From positions 1 through 52,542 of the forward strand of contig JAEYRA010000155.1 of NCBI GenBank assembly GCA_023409755.1: 52,542 bases of DNA, written 5' to 3'. The position numbers were made by a program, and so were the translations under genes. The stretch is from Bacillota bacterium. Its GTDB lineage: Bacteria > Bacillota > Clostridia > Christensenellales > UMGS416. Of this stretch, positions 17,495 to 27,060 are shown piece by piece. Position 1 is the stretch's first letter, and each line of letters opens with the position of its first letter. The notes beneath the pieces are model-generated. The model was not told where the DNA came from. It did no database searches and worked only from the letters and a program-made list of their open reading frames with translations.

Positions 17495-17878
17495 TTCACA
17501 GGAGACGTCGCCCTGCCGCCGGATGGCACGGGTGGCTACCACGTCCACCCCAGTGCCGGCAGCGTCCGCAAGCACCACCGCGCCAACGGCCACCGGGGCC
17601 GCGGCCCGCACGCCGCGCAGCGCCGCCAGCACCTGCGGGATGGCCGCCTTGGGCACGGGGCCAGCCGTCTTAACCGACAGGAACGGCAGATGGCCGCCCT
17701 GCACCGGCACCGACGAAGTGACCATGCGCAAGGGCCGGGTCAGTTCTTCCTCGGCATAGGTGCGCCCGCGGGCACAGCCGTTGCCGGTGACGACGACTTG
17801 ACCATCCTCCTCCTGCCGTGCCACCAGCCGGCAGCCCATCGGACAGACAATGCAGATCATGTTGCGTTCCTCAATCAT
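17492..17878 (-). CDS. DUF1667 domain protein (third subunit of the GlpA-like dehydrogenase cluster)
   Basis: Cys motifs CIVCPMGC ... GNGCARG. ATGATTGA overlap with the upstream gene. Confidence 0.85.
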   Translation of the reverse strand: MIEERNMICIVCPMGCRLVARQEEDGQVVVTGNGCARGRTYAEEELTRPLRMVTSSVPVQGGHLPFLSVKTAGPVPKAAIPQVLAALRGVRAAAPVAVGAVVLADAAGTGVDVVATRAIRRQGDVSCE

Positions 17879-19136
17879 GGGACACCCTCCCCCCCACTGT
17901 AACAGTCACGCCATCGGTCGCGCCCAGCGCCGCTGCGGGCACCGCAATCTCCTCGAGTTCGCCCGGCGTCATCACCTGCTTGCGCCGCCGGCTGAGCACC
18001 GTGGCCCCGGCACGCACCTCGCACAGGGCGGGTTTCTCCACCGCACGCACACGGTAGTAGAGCTTGAGCTCTCCCTCGGGCAGGTTACCGCGGTCGATGC
18101 GCTGGGGCACGACCGAACGCACCCCTGCCCCGGCGGTCACAGCCACCCGCTCGCCAGCCATCCACTGCCCCTGGGCAAAGCGCGCCGCCGCCCGGCCCGC
18201 GATGTTCGCCTCCCGGCTCACGTTGTCCACCAAGTCGTGGACGTGCAGCACATTGCCGCAGGCGAAGATGCCCGGTACAGATGTCTGCCTCCACTGGTCC
18301 ACGACCGGCCCCTGGGTCACCGGGTCCATCTCGATGCCGGCCATGGTGCTAAGCTCATTCTCCGGGATGAGGCCCACCGACAGAAGCAACGTGTCACAGG
18401 GGATGAACCGCTCGGTCGACTTGATGGGCCGCATGTTCTTGCCCACCTCGGCAATGGTCACGCCCTCCACCCGCTCCCGCCCGTGGATGCGTACTACCGT
18501 ATGGTTGAAGTGCAGCGGAATGCCGTTGTCGTCCAGGCACTGGGCGATGTTGCGCGCCAGGCCGCTGCTGTAGGGCAGCACCTCGCAGACGGCCTCGACC
18601 TTCGCGCCTTCCCAGGTGAGCCGCCGGGCCATGATGAGCCCGATGTCACCGGAGCCCAGGATGACGATGCGGTGGCCGGGCATCACGCCCTGCATGTTCA
18701 CCAGGCGCTGGGCCGCGCCGGCGGTGAAGATACCCGCCGGGCGGTAACCGGGGATGTTAATGGCCCCGCGGGTGCGCTCCCGGCAGCCCATCGCCAGCAC
18801 GATGGCCCCAGCGGCGAAGTCCATGAGCCCCCGGTCAGCACTGACGGCATGAACATGCCGGTCAGCGTCCAGCTCCAGCACCATGGTGTCGGTGTACACA
18901 TCGATGCCGCTGCCGGCGAGCTTTGCCACGAAACGCTCAGCGTACTCAGGACCGGTCAGTTCCTCTCCAAAGTAATGGAGGCCGAAGCCGTTGTGGATGC
19001 ACTGCTGCAGAATGCCGCCGAGCTCCCGGTCCCGCTCCAGCAGGGCTACCGTGCCGGCACCGGCTTCCTTGGCCGCCAGCGCCGCGGCCAGCCCCGCCGG
19101 GCCCCCGCCGATGACGACCACATCATAGGTTTCCAT
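17871..19136 (-). CDS. NAD(P)/FAD-dependent (pyridine nucleotide-disulfide type) oxidoreductase
   Basis: Two Rossmann motifs, DVVVIGGGPAGLAAA and IVILGSGDIGLIMA. The start is trimmed to ATG 19136, preceded by AAGGAGG. It overlaps the upstream gene by 14 nt. Confidence 0.85.
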   Translation of the reverse strand: METYDVVVIGGGPAGLAAALAAKEAGAGTVALLERDRELGGILQQCIHNGFGLHYFGEELTGPEYAERFVAKLAGSGIDVYTDTMVLELDADRHVHAVSADRGLMDFAAGAIVLAMGCRERTRGAINIPGYRPAGIFTAGAAQRLVNMQGVMPGHRIVILGSGDIGLIMARRLTWEGAKVEAVCEVLPYSSGLARNIAQCLDDNGIPLHFNHTVVRIHGRERVEGVTIAEVGKNMRPIKSTERFIPCDTLLLSVGLIPENELSTMAGIEMDPVTQGPVVDQWRQTSVPGIFACGNVLHVHDLVDNVSREANIAGRAAARFAQGQWMAGERVAVTAGAGVRSVVPQRIDRGNLPEGELKLYYRVRAVEKPALCEVRAGATVLSRRRKQVMTPGELEEIAVPAAALGATDGVTVTVGGRVSHD

Positions 19137-20574
19137 CGCTTGCCTCCTTCGCCGCAACGACCCAGGAGTCGCCGCCGTTCTTGGTGATGCTCTCCATCGG
19201 CTGGCCCGTCTCCCGCGCGATGATCTCCAGCAGGCGCGGGCCGCAGAAGCCGCCCTGGCACCGCCCGGCCTGGGCACGCACCCGGCGCTTGATGCCATCC
19301 AGCGTGGTGGCCGGCACCGGTGAGTGCAGCGCCTGCACAATCTCGGCCTCGGTCACCGTCTCGCACCGGCAGATGACACGGCCATAGAGCGGGTCCGCCG
19401 CCAGTGCCTGCCGCCGTTCGTCTGCGTCCATCTCCCGGAAGGGCTTGGGGTGCCGCCGCTCAGCGTGAAACTCCGCCCGGGGATCGAGGGTCAGCCCGGC
19501 GGCAGCCAGTTCCTCCGCCACCACGCGGGCGATGGCCGGGGACGAGCTCAGCCCCGGTGAACAGATGCCCGCGGCGTTGACAAACCCGGGAATGTCAGGC
19601 TCACGGCCGATGATGAAATCGTCCCGCCCCACCACGACCGACCGAAGCCCGGCAAAGGCCGTGATGACCTTGGAGAAAGCAAGGCCCGGCACCGACTTTT
19701 TTCCCAGGCGCTTGAGGTACCACAGGCCCTCGGGGGTGGTGGCGTTGTCGTCCTTGTCAGCCACATCCACCGCCGTGGGGCCGGCGTAGACGTTGCCGTC
19801 GCTGGTGGGGCTGACCAGTACGCCCTTGCCCCAGCGGCTGGGCGTCTGGAACACGACCGTACCCACGGCGTTCCCTACGGATCGGTCGAGCAGCATGTAC
19901 TCGCCCTTGCGCGGCAAGATGGTGAAGGGCCGCCCACCGGCCATGGTGTTGATCTCGTCGGAGCGGATGCCCGCGGCGTTGACCACAAAGGCCGCACGCA
20001 CCACCTGCCCGTCTCCGCCCTTCAGGGTGAACCCGTCGCTCCCCCGGGCAATGGACGCCACGGCAAAGCCCCTGTGCAGCGTGGCGCCATTCACCACGGC
20101 ATTCTCCAGCAAGGCCAGTGTCAGTTCAAAGGGGTTGACGATGCCCGCCGACGGCGCCCACAACGCCGCAGTGATCTCCCCACTGAGGTTGGGCTCCCGC
20201 CGGCGCACCTCATCGCCCGGCAGGATCTCCAGCCCCGGCACGCCGTTGGCTTCGCCGCGCGCCTTCAACCGTCCCAGCTCCGCCTCATCCTCCGGCCCGA
20301 AGGCCACGACCAGTGAGCCGGTGCGCATGTAAGGCACCGAAAGCTCGCAGCAAAGGGCCTCCATGCGCGCGTTGCCCTCCACGTTGAGCCTGGCTTTCCA
20401 GGTGCCGGGCACGCAGTCAAACCCGGCGTGCACAATGGCGCTGTTGGCCTTGGACGCGCCGCAGCCCACATCGGCCTGGGCCTCCAGCACCACCACGTTC
20501 AGCCGGTAGCGTGTCAACTCCCGCGCGATGGCCGCGCCTACGACGCCGGCACCCACGATCGCCACATCGAACAT
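19123..20574 (-). CDS. FAD-dependent glycerol-3-phosphate dehydrogenase-like oxidoreductase with BFD-like [2Fe-2S] domain
   Basis: N-terminal VAIVGAGVVGAAIA. The C-terminal CRCETVTEAEI ... CQGGFC motif is typical of the BFD-like domain found in GlpA/LhgO-like proteins. Confidence 0.85.
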   Translation of the reverse strand: MFDVAIVGAGVVGAAIARELTRYRLNVVVLEAQADVGCGASKANSAIVHAGFDCVPGTWKARLNVEGNARMEALCCELSVPYMRTGSLVVAFGPEDEAELGRLKARGEANGVPGLEILPGDEVRRREPNLSGEITAALWAPSAGIVNPFELTLALLENAVVNGATLHRGFAVASIARGSDGFTLKGGDGQVVRAAFVVNAAGIRSDEINTMAGGRPFTILPRKGEYMLLDRSVGNAVGTVVFQTPSRWGKGVLVSPTSDGNVYAGPTAVDVADKDDNATTPEGLWYLKRLGKKSVPGLAFSKVITAFAGLRSVVVGRDDFIIGREPDIPGFVNAAGICSPGLSSSPAIARVVAEELAAAGLTLDPRAEFHAERRHPKPFREMDADERRQALAADPLYGRVICRCETVTEAEIVQALHSPVPATTLDGIKRRVRAQAGRCQGGFCGPRLLEIIARETGQPMESITKNGGDSWVVAAKEASDGNL

Positions 20575-20591
20575 ACCCTCTCCCCCTTCAC

Positions 20592-20634
20592 AAAAAAAGA
20601 GCGCACAAAACCAATAAGGCTCTGTGCGGCTCTC
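20592..20634 (-). terminator. Leader terminator upstream of the glp-type operon (candidate GlpP target)
   Basis: Minus RNA is AGAGCCGCACA...UGUGCGCUCU (10 bp with one bulge) followed by U7. It ends ~17 nt before RBS GAAGGGGGAGAGGG and ATG 20574. A TATACT -10 element lies at 20662-20667 (minus). Confidence 0.55.
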
Positions 20635-20780
20635 TCAATCTCTGCCTGTTTCCTCCCTGCCAGTATACTCCTAACCACTTCCGTTCGCAACGCCTGACGA
20701 AATCCGGCCCGCGTACCTCGGCAGGGCGGCGGTTCCTGTGGTATACTGGTGGACAGCATAACGAGGGGAGGTGTCCGTCC

Positions 20781-22379
20781 ATGGGTTTGATTCGGCGATT
20801 CTGCGCCGTTGCCCTCGCGCTGCTGCTGGCAGCCTTGCCAGCCTGCACCAGCGCGCCTGCCACGCCCACGGCCAGCAGCACCGCCGAACCCGCAGCTGCC
20901 GCCACGCCAACCGAACACCTGACGATCTCTGTCAACCTGACCGAGGCCGAGAAGCAAAAAAACGACGCGCTGTACGATTATTTCTCTGACAAGTTCAACA
21001 TAGAGCTCAAGCCCGTCCCCTTCTCTACCACGGAGTGGCAGGAGCGCATCCGCATCTGGATCGTCTCCAACAGTCTGCCCGATCTGGTGTGGATGAACGT
21101 GGATGAGACTACCTTCAGCGAATATGCCTCCTGGGCGCGGGATGGAATCTTTCAGCCCCTGCCCGACGACCTGCGGAGCGTATACCCCAACATCGGTGCG
21201 CTCCTCAATCGGGGGGACATCAACGCCGACGAACTGCTGACCATCAACGGCAAGCTGTACGCCTACCCCACCATCCGTAACACCGCGTCGCAGGGCTACC
21301 GTTCTCCCCTGGGCTTCTATTACCGGAGGGACTGGGCGGAGAAGCTGGGCATGGCCCAACCGGGCGATGTGTATACCTGGGATCAGTTTGTGGAGCTGGG
21401 CCAGGCCTTTGTGAAGCTGGACCCCGGCAACAACGGCGCTGGCAAAACCGTAGGTGCGGGCACCCAGTCCCAATACTTCCCGGAGGCTTTTGGCGTGTAC
21501 CAGCTGGCGTCGGAAAACGGGTTGGGCGCTTTCCAGCGCGTGGGCGACCATTATGAATGGACCGCCGCCCGACCGGAGACGCTGGAAGGTCTCACGATTG
21601 CCAAGAAGCTCTATGACAGCCGCATCCTGTGGAGCGAGAACGTACTGGGCAGCAGCCACCTGGACAAGTACAAGGCTGGCCTGATGGGTATTGTGTTTGA
21701 CGAATTTGACAACGCACTGCTCACTGACATGCGAAAGAGCCTGCAGCGCACGTTCCTGGGCATCGACGTGGACAAGGCCCTCAGCCCCATGCATGTGAAG
21801 GGGCCGGACGGTTCCTTCTGGGCCGCAAAGACGGTCTGCTTCTCCGGCGCAGTGTCTCTGCGTGCGGGCGTTGACAGCGAGACGGTCAACCGGGTTCTGA
21901 GCATGTTTGACTGGCTGCTGAGTGAAGAAGGGACCCTCTTCCACACCTACGGGTTTGAGGGAAAGGATTACACCAAAACCGGCAATGACATTCAATGCTT
22001 GTGGAACAGCGACCTGGTGACCCTGGCGTTGGTCGACCCCTACCCCTCGGGCTGCCGGCAGTTCTACAGCCTGGCAGCCTCCACCGAAGAAGATTTACCC
22101 ATCTATCCCATGTCCGTCATCACCACCAGCCGCAATGTGGCCATGTTCCAGGAGGTCAATGCCAAATTCCGCAGCGTGGATGAGTATTCCAACTATTTTG
22201 ACAGTCTGGCCCGGGATGACACCATTGCCCAACTGGCCGGACAGACCCACGACAAGATGGTCAATCTCGTCACCACCGCCCACGCCAAGGATCTCAGCAA
22301 GCTTTGGGACCAGTGGGTCTCCAAAAAGCTGCCCATTGTGCAGCCCTTTCTGGTGGAACTGACCGTATTGGCCCAGTAG
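20781..22379 (+). CDS. ABC-type extracellular solute-binding lipoprotein (family 1), adjacent to the two-component system
   Basis: Lipoprotein signal MGLIRRFCAVALALLLAALPAC. The start is trimmed to ATG 20781 after GGGGAGG. The length and composition match large sugar-binding SBPs. Confidence 0.85.
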   Translation: MGLIRRFCAVALALLLAALPACTSAPATPTASSTAEPAAAATPTEHLTISVNLTEAEKQKNDALYDYFSDKFNIELKPVPFSTTEWQERIRIWIVSNSLPDLVWMNVDETTFSEYASWARDGIFQPLPDDLRSVYPNIGALLNRGDINADELLTINGKLYAYPTIRNTASQGYRSPLGFYYRRDWAEKLGMAQPGDVYTWDQFVELGQAFVKLDPGNNGAGKTVGAGTQSQYFPEAFGVYQLASENGLGAFQRVGDHYEWTAARPETLEGLTIAKKLYDSRILWSENVLGSSHLDKYKAGLMGIVFDEFDNALLTDMRKSLQRTFLGIDVDKALSPMHVKGPDGSFWAAKTVCFSGAVSLRAGVDSETVNRVLSMFDWLLSEEGTLFHTYGFEGKDYTKTGNDIQCLWNSDLVTLALVDPYPSGCRQFYSLAASTEEDLPIYPMSVITTSRNVAMFQEVNAKFRSVDEYSNYFDSLARDDTIAQLAGQTHDKMVNLVTTAHAKDLSKLWDQWVSKKLPIVQPFLVELTVLAQ

Positions 22380-22385
22380 GGCCGC

Positions 22386-24101
22386 TCACAGCTCCGTGGT
22401 GTGGCGAACCGGCAGCAGCACCTGCACCGTCGTGCCGCAGTCCTTTTCCGATTCAATTTTCAACCCGTAAGCATCCCCGCAGGTCAGCCGAATACGCTGG
22501 TGGATATTCTCCAGCCCGATGGAACGCCGGCCGCCGGCCAGTTGGGCCGGGTCGGCGTTGAGCAGCATCGTGTGGATCCCATCCAACTCGTCCGGTTCCA
22601 TCCCCACGCCGTCGTCCACCACTTCAAAGACCAGCACCGCCCCCCGCAGCGCCCCGCGGATGAGCAACGAACCCGGCCCTTCCTTGGGCTCCAGCCCGTG
22701 GTATACGGCGTTCTCCACCAGTGGCTGCAGTATCATCTTCAGGATGTACAGATCTTCCAGTTCCTCCGGCACCTCCCAGCGGAAGGTGAAGCGATTGCCG
22801 AAGCGGATGGAGATGATGCGAAGATACTGGACAATGATGTCCATTTCCTCCCGCAAGCGCACGATGTTGCTGCCCTTGATGCTGTAACGGAAGATCGCCG
22901 ACAGAGCCACTGACATGTCCACAATCTCCCGTGCATTATACACAAGGCCAATGGAGCGCATGCATTCCAGGGTGTTGTAGAGGAAGTGGGGGTTGATCTG
23001 GCTCTGCAGGGCGGAGAAGCGTGCCTGCTGTACGGTGAGCTCGGCGGCGTAGAGTTTGGTCTGCCCCTCCAGCCGGGCGGCGTTGTTGGCTTCAATCTCC
23101 CCAAGCATAGTATTAATGGTGGAAACGATGCTGTTGAGCTCGGTGGTGCGCAGCGGCTCCAACCGGGTGTACTTGCCGCTGCCAATGCGGTTGATGCGCC
23201 GCAACAGCTTCTGCAGGGGCTTGGTGAAGCTGAAGTAGAGAATGGTCATCGTCAGCGCCACCATGAACACCATAAGGCCGCCAAAGAGTGTGATTGTCTC
23301 CTGCAGGGTGGCGTTGGTGTCGGGCAGTGCGGTGATGTCCAGCGTTGCCTGCATCCGCATCCCCACATCCGCCAATTCATTGGTGAAATAGACCGGCGAC
23401 TTCGGCGCGCTCTCGCTGTTGACCACCGTCATGTCCCGGTTGTTGTTCTCAAACGTCAGGCTGATGATGTAGTCGTTGTCGGTGGGGGCCGCATCGGCCA
23501 GCAGGGAGCGAAGGTTTCGACCGTTGCACAGCGCCATGCAGCTGCCCACGCGCTCATAGGTGTCGGTGGAATAGATGGGCATGATGAAGGCGTAATATAT
23601 ACCGCCATCGTCCCGGATACTGAGGATGGGGGTGAAAAAGGGCTTCATGCTCGTGTCACTGAGCATGTCCGGATACACGCTCTCCAGGCTGTTGATGGCG
23701 CCCATGTCCATGAGGCCGTTGTAGGAGAGAAGGTTGCGATCCATATCCACCAGCGAAATATCCACGATGTCCGCGTTGGCGTCAACGAAGTACTGCGCCA
23801 GGTTGAAGATGGTCGTCTGAATCTCCAGCTTGTAGGAGACGGACGAACTGTTCAGGTATTGCTCGGTGTTGCGGAAATAGGCGATCGCCAAGGTCGCCTG
23901 GCGCACACCCAGCAGCCGGTTCTGAATGAGATCGGCTGTTTGGGTGCACAGCGAGCGGGAATAGGCATAGGCCTCGTCGCGGGAGCGACGGGTCAGGCTC
24001 TGCTGGTAGTAGAGAAGAACAGCGAACAGAAATGCCAGCTCCAGCACGGTGACGAGAATCAGCCGGAAGATGAGTGATGCCCTGTGCCGGTGAACGGTCA
24101 T
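22386..24101 (-). CDS. Sensor histidine kinase, YesM-like (TM-HAMP-His_kinase-HATPase)
   Basis: H-box QINPHFLYNTLE and the ATPase region GIGLENIHQRIRL, with two TM segments. ATG 24101 forms an ATGA overlap with the response regulator stop. Confidence 0.9.
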   Translation of the reverse strand: MTVHRHRASLIFRLILVTVLELAFLFAVLLYYQQSLTRRSRDEAYAYSRSLCTQTADLIQNRLLGVRQATLAIAYFRNTEQYLNSSSVSYKLEIQTTIFNLAQYFVDANADIVDISLVDMDRNLLSYNGLMDMGAINSLESVYPDMLSDTSMKPFFTPILSIRDDGGIYYAFIMPIYSTDTYERVGSCMALCNGRNLRSLLADAAPTDNDYIISLTFENNNRDMTVVNSESAPKSPVYFTNELADVGMRMQATLDITALPDTNATLQETITLFGGLMVFMVALTMTILYFSFTKPLQKLLRRINRIGSGKYTRLEPLRTTELNSIVSTINTMLGEIEANNAARLEGQTKLYAAELTVQQARFSALQSQINPHFLYNTLECMRSIGLVYNAREIVDMSVALSAIFRYSIKGSNIVRLREEMDIIVQYLRIISIRFGNRFTFRWEVPEELEDLYILKMILQPLVENAVYHGLEPKEGPGSLLIRGALRGAVLVFEVVDDGVGMEPDELDGIHTMLLNADPAQLAGGRRSIGLENIHQRIRLTCGDAYGLKIESEKDCGTTVQVLLPVRHTTEL

Positions 24102-24853
24102 CCTTCCCCACCTGCGGCATTGGTCGTACGGCAACGCTTGCGGTACTCCAGCGGTGTCACGCCAATGGACTGGCGGAACACACGGTTGAAGTACTGTGGG
24201 TCGGAATACCCCACCTCTTCGGCAATCTCATAGACATACTCGTCGGAGGTGCGCAGCAGCTCTTTGGCCCGCGTCATCCGCAGTTGGGTCACATACTCCG
24301 AAAAGGTGGTGCCCAACTGGGTCTGAAACAGGTAACAGCAGTGGTTGGGGGTGAAATAGAACTGCTTGGCCAGATCCTTCAAGAGCAGCTGCTTGCTGAT
24401 ATTCTGCTGGATGTACTCAAGCATTGAGCTGAACATCTCGTTTCGGTTCATCACCACCCGGGTCTCCGAGCGGCCCTTTTCGTCCAGCCGCTGGCGCAGG
24501 CGGGCCAGCAAGTCATCCGCCTGAAGCTGGTCCACCGGCTTCAGACAGTAATCAAACACCCGGTGGGTTATGGCCTGGCGGGCGTAGTCAAACTCGGAAA
24601 AGCCGCTGATGACGACAAACTCGGTATCCAGACCTGCGTCGCGCACGCGGGCCATCAACTCCAGCCCGCTCATCCCCGGCATCCTTACGTCGGTGAACAC
24701 CGCATCGGGCTTCTCCTGTACAATGAAGTCCAGCGCGGCAGCCGGGCTCAGGAAGCTGTCGAGGAGCGTAAACCCATAATCCTCCCACCGGAAGGACCTG
24801 GAGATGCCCAGAAGCGACCATTGCTCGTCATCAACCACCACCGCCCGATACAT
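24098..24853 (-). CDS. Response regulator with AraC-type HTH output, YesN-like
   Basis: Receiver domain (VVVDDE ... VFTDVRMPGMSG) plus C-terminal AraC HTH (GYSDPQYFNRVFRQSIGVTPLEYR). The start is trimmed to ATG 24853. Confidence 0.9.
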   Translation of the reverse strand: MYRAVVVDDEQWSLLGISRSFRWEDYGFTLLDSFLSPAAALDFIVQEKPDAVFTDVRMPGMSGLELMARVRDAGLDTEFVVISGFSEFDYARQAITHRVFDYCLKPVDQLQADDLLARLRQRLDEKGRSETRVVMNRNEMFSSMLEYIQQNISKQLLLKDLAKQFYFTPNHCCYLFQTQLGTTFSEYVTQLRMTRAKELLRTSDEYVYEIAEEVGYSDPQYFNRVFRQSIGVTPLEYRKRCRTTNAAGGEG

Positions 24854-25024
24854 GATCTCAACCCCCACACAATTTATGCATACATGCTTATGTATGATTC
24901 TATTATACAAGAGAAGGGGCGGCGTGGGAACCATGGAAAGAGGGTGGCAACCATTCCCAAGGCAGAATGTGGATTATACTACGAACGTTCCAACTTTAAT
25001 CCAATGGTTTGTTTTTGGTCATTA

Positions 25025-25053
25025 TTGACAAGGTTTTTTCCTGCTGTTAGTAT
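25025..25053 (+). promoter_or_regulatory. Candidate promoter of the first Lpl-type ABC operon
   Basis: TTGACA (25025-25030), a 17-nt spacer and TAGTAT (25048-25053) in an AT-rich 400-nt divergent region. This predicts a ~190-nt leader. Confidence 0.5.
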
Positions 25054-25250
25054 TTTTTATATAATATTTCGGTTTATTTTGTTTCTAAATCATAGATTTC
25101 TATAGTTACAATGAAAACGTTGTTCCAAACAAAACCACCCGCAAAGCGCATGGAGCCGAGGCATTCCTCACTTGATGCGGGCACGAACTACCGTCCTTTT
25201 GAGTTTGTTTCTATTTCGCGAAAGCGAAAATTAAGCAAGGAGGATGCGAC

Positions 25251-26984
25251 ATGTTCACCAATCGTACCCTGATGGCGACACTGGCACTCATCCTGGCCGT
25301 CGGTATGGCGCTCGTTGGCTGCACGCAGAGCAGTGCGCCGGCCACAACGACCGCCGCCGCCGACTCAGCTGGGGCCAGCAGCGATGCCGCCGCCACCACT
25401 GCGGCCTCCACCGGTGAGGTCAAGACCTTCACGATGTTTGAAGGTACTGCCCTCACCACCACAACCCCTGCCTGGGACACCCCCATCGGCAAGAAGATCA
25501 CCGAGCTCACCGGCGTGAAGGTGGAGATCGAGTATCTGGTGGGCCAGGATCTGATGACCAAGGCCAACCTGATGACGACCTCCGGCGATTACCCGGACCT
25601 CATCTCCGCCAGTGACAACGGCGGCATCTTCATCGCCGCCGGCGCGTTCATCAAGCTTGATGACCTCATCGACAAGTATGGCACCAACCTCAAGCGGATC
25701 TATCGTCCGTCCGAGTTCGAGCTGATGAAGCTGCAGAACGGCGCCATCTACATCCTGGCGACCAACCGGCCCTCCATCGAGAACCTCTATCCCTCAGCCG
25801 GCTGGTACCTCAACTACGACCTGCTGAAGAAGAACAACTTCCCGGTCGTCAAGACCATCAGCCAGTTTAAGGATCTCATCGTCAACTACATGAAGGACAA
25901 CCCGCAGTACAACGGCGCCAACAACATCGGGTTCACCCTGCCTACCGAAGGCACCCGTGTCTCCGCCCTGCAGTATGGCGGTGCGCGGTTCCTGGGCGGC
26001 TACCCCAATGACGGCCCGACCTGTGTGGACCAGGAAACCCTGGTGGCCAAGATCAACATGACGCAGCCCTTCACCAAGGAATACCTGAAGTTCATGAATG
26101 AGATGTGGAACATGGGCTACATGGACAAGGAAGCCTTCATGCAGACCAACGACCAGTATCTCGCGAAGGTCGCCTCCGGCAACGTCATCGGCATGTATGA
26201 CCAGCGCGGCATGATCGTGAACGCCCTGGGCGCCATGGACAATGACGAGAAGCTGCATGACCGCACGCTCGTGGCGTTCCCGGTCGTGTTGGACGGCATA
26301 ACCAAGGAATACTACCGCGGGCCGTACGCCTTCTCCACCAGCGGCATTTCCATCTCCACCTCCTGCAAGGATCCTGACGGCGCGATGCAGTTCCTGGATC
26401 GCATGGCCGCCGACGACATCCAAATGCTGAACTTCTGGGGCGTCGAGGGCGAGGATTACACCCTCACCGACGGCAAGTTCACCCGCACCGCAGACCAGTG
26501 GAACAAGTCCTTCGACGTGGACTACATCCGCGAAAAGGGCATCACCCAGTTCAATAACTTCCCGCGTTATGAGGGCACCGACAACGAGACCTACGGCAAG
26601 TTCCAGAATAGCAACTGGGTCAACCCCGCCCTCAACCAGGAGTACAACGACATCCGCTACAAGGACTACGAGAAAGAAATGCTGAAGAACTACAACGTGA
26701 AGACCTTCTGCGATTTCTTCGCTCCGGCCTACCCCGCCCGCTACCAGCCCGGCTGGGCCGCCCGTCAGCAGATGCCGCAGGACTCTGAGGAGTTCACCGC
26801 CGTGCAGAAGGCACTCGACCTGGCTACCCAGTACCACGCCATCATCGTGCAGTCTAAGGCTGACGAGTTTGATGCCAAGTGGGACGAGTACCAGAAGCAG
26901 CTGAGTGAAGTGGCCGGTCTGACCAGTTATGAAGAGAAGGTCACCCAGATCATTCAGGACAGCGCCCAGTACTACAAGAACTAA
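25251..26984 (+). CDS. Large extracellular solute-binding lipoprotein (LplA-like, family 1 SBP)
   Basis: Lipobox LVGCTQ. 577 aa. RBS AAGGAGG. Confidence 0.9.
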   Translation: MFTNRTLMATLALILAVGMALVGCTQSSAPATTTAAADSAGASSDAAATTAASTGEVKTFTMFEGTALTTTTPAWDTPIGKKITELTGVKVEIEYLVGQDLMTKANLMTTSGDYPDLISASDNGGIFIAAGAFIKLDDLIDKYGTNLKRIYRPSEFELMKLQNGAIYILATNRPSIENLYPSAGWYLNYDLLKKNNFPVVKTISQFKDLIVNYMKDNPQYNGANNIGFTLPTEGTRVSALQYGGARFLGGYPNDGPTCVDQETLVAKINMTQPFTKEYLKFMNEMWNMGYMDKEAFMQTNDQYLAKVASGNVIGMYDQRGMIVNALGAMDNDEKLHDRTLVAFPVVLDGITKEYYRGPYAFSTSGISISTSCKDPDGAMQFLDRMAADDIQMLNFWGVEGEDYTLTDGKFTRTADQWNKSFDVDYIREKGITQFNNFPRYEGTDNETYGKFQNSNWVNPALNQEYNDIRYKDYEKEMLKNYNVKTFCDFFAPAYPARYQPGWAARQQMPQDSEEFTAVQKALDLATQYHAIIVQSKADEFDAKWDEYQKQLSEVAGLTSYEEKVTQIIQDSAQYYKN

Positions 26985-27060
26985 TCAACAGATCCGCGCA
27001 CGGGGGACGCCTTTGGGGCGTCCCCCGGCCGGGGCCAAAGCAGCATGGGGGAGGAAAACC

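Noticed and set aside
24877-24894. Inverted repeat CATACAT-GCTT-ATGTATG in the response-regulator leader, a possible operator
   Set aside because: It is a short 7-bp arm in an AT-rich region with no cognate regulator to assign. The evidence is too weak for a feature call.
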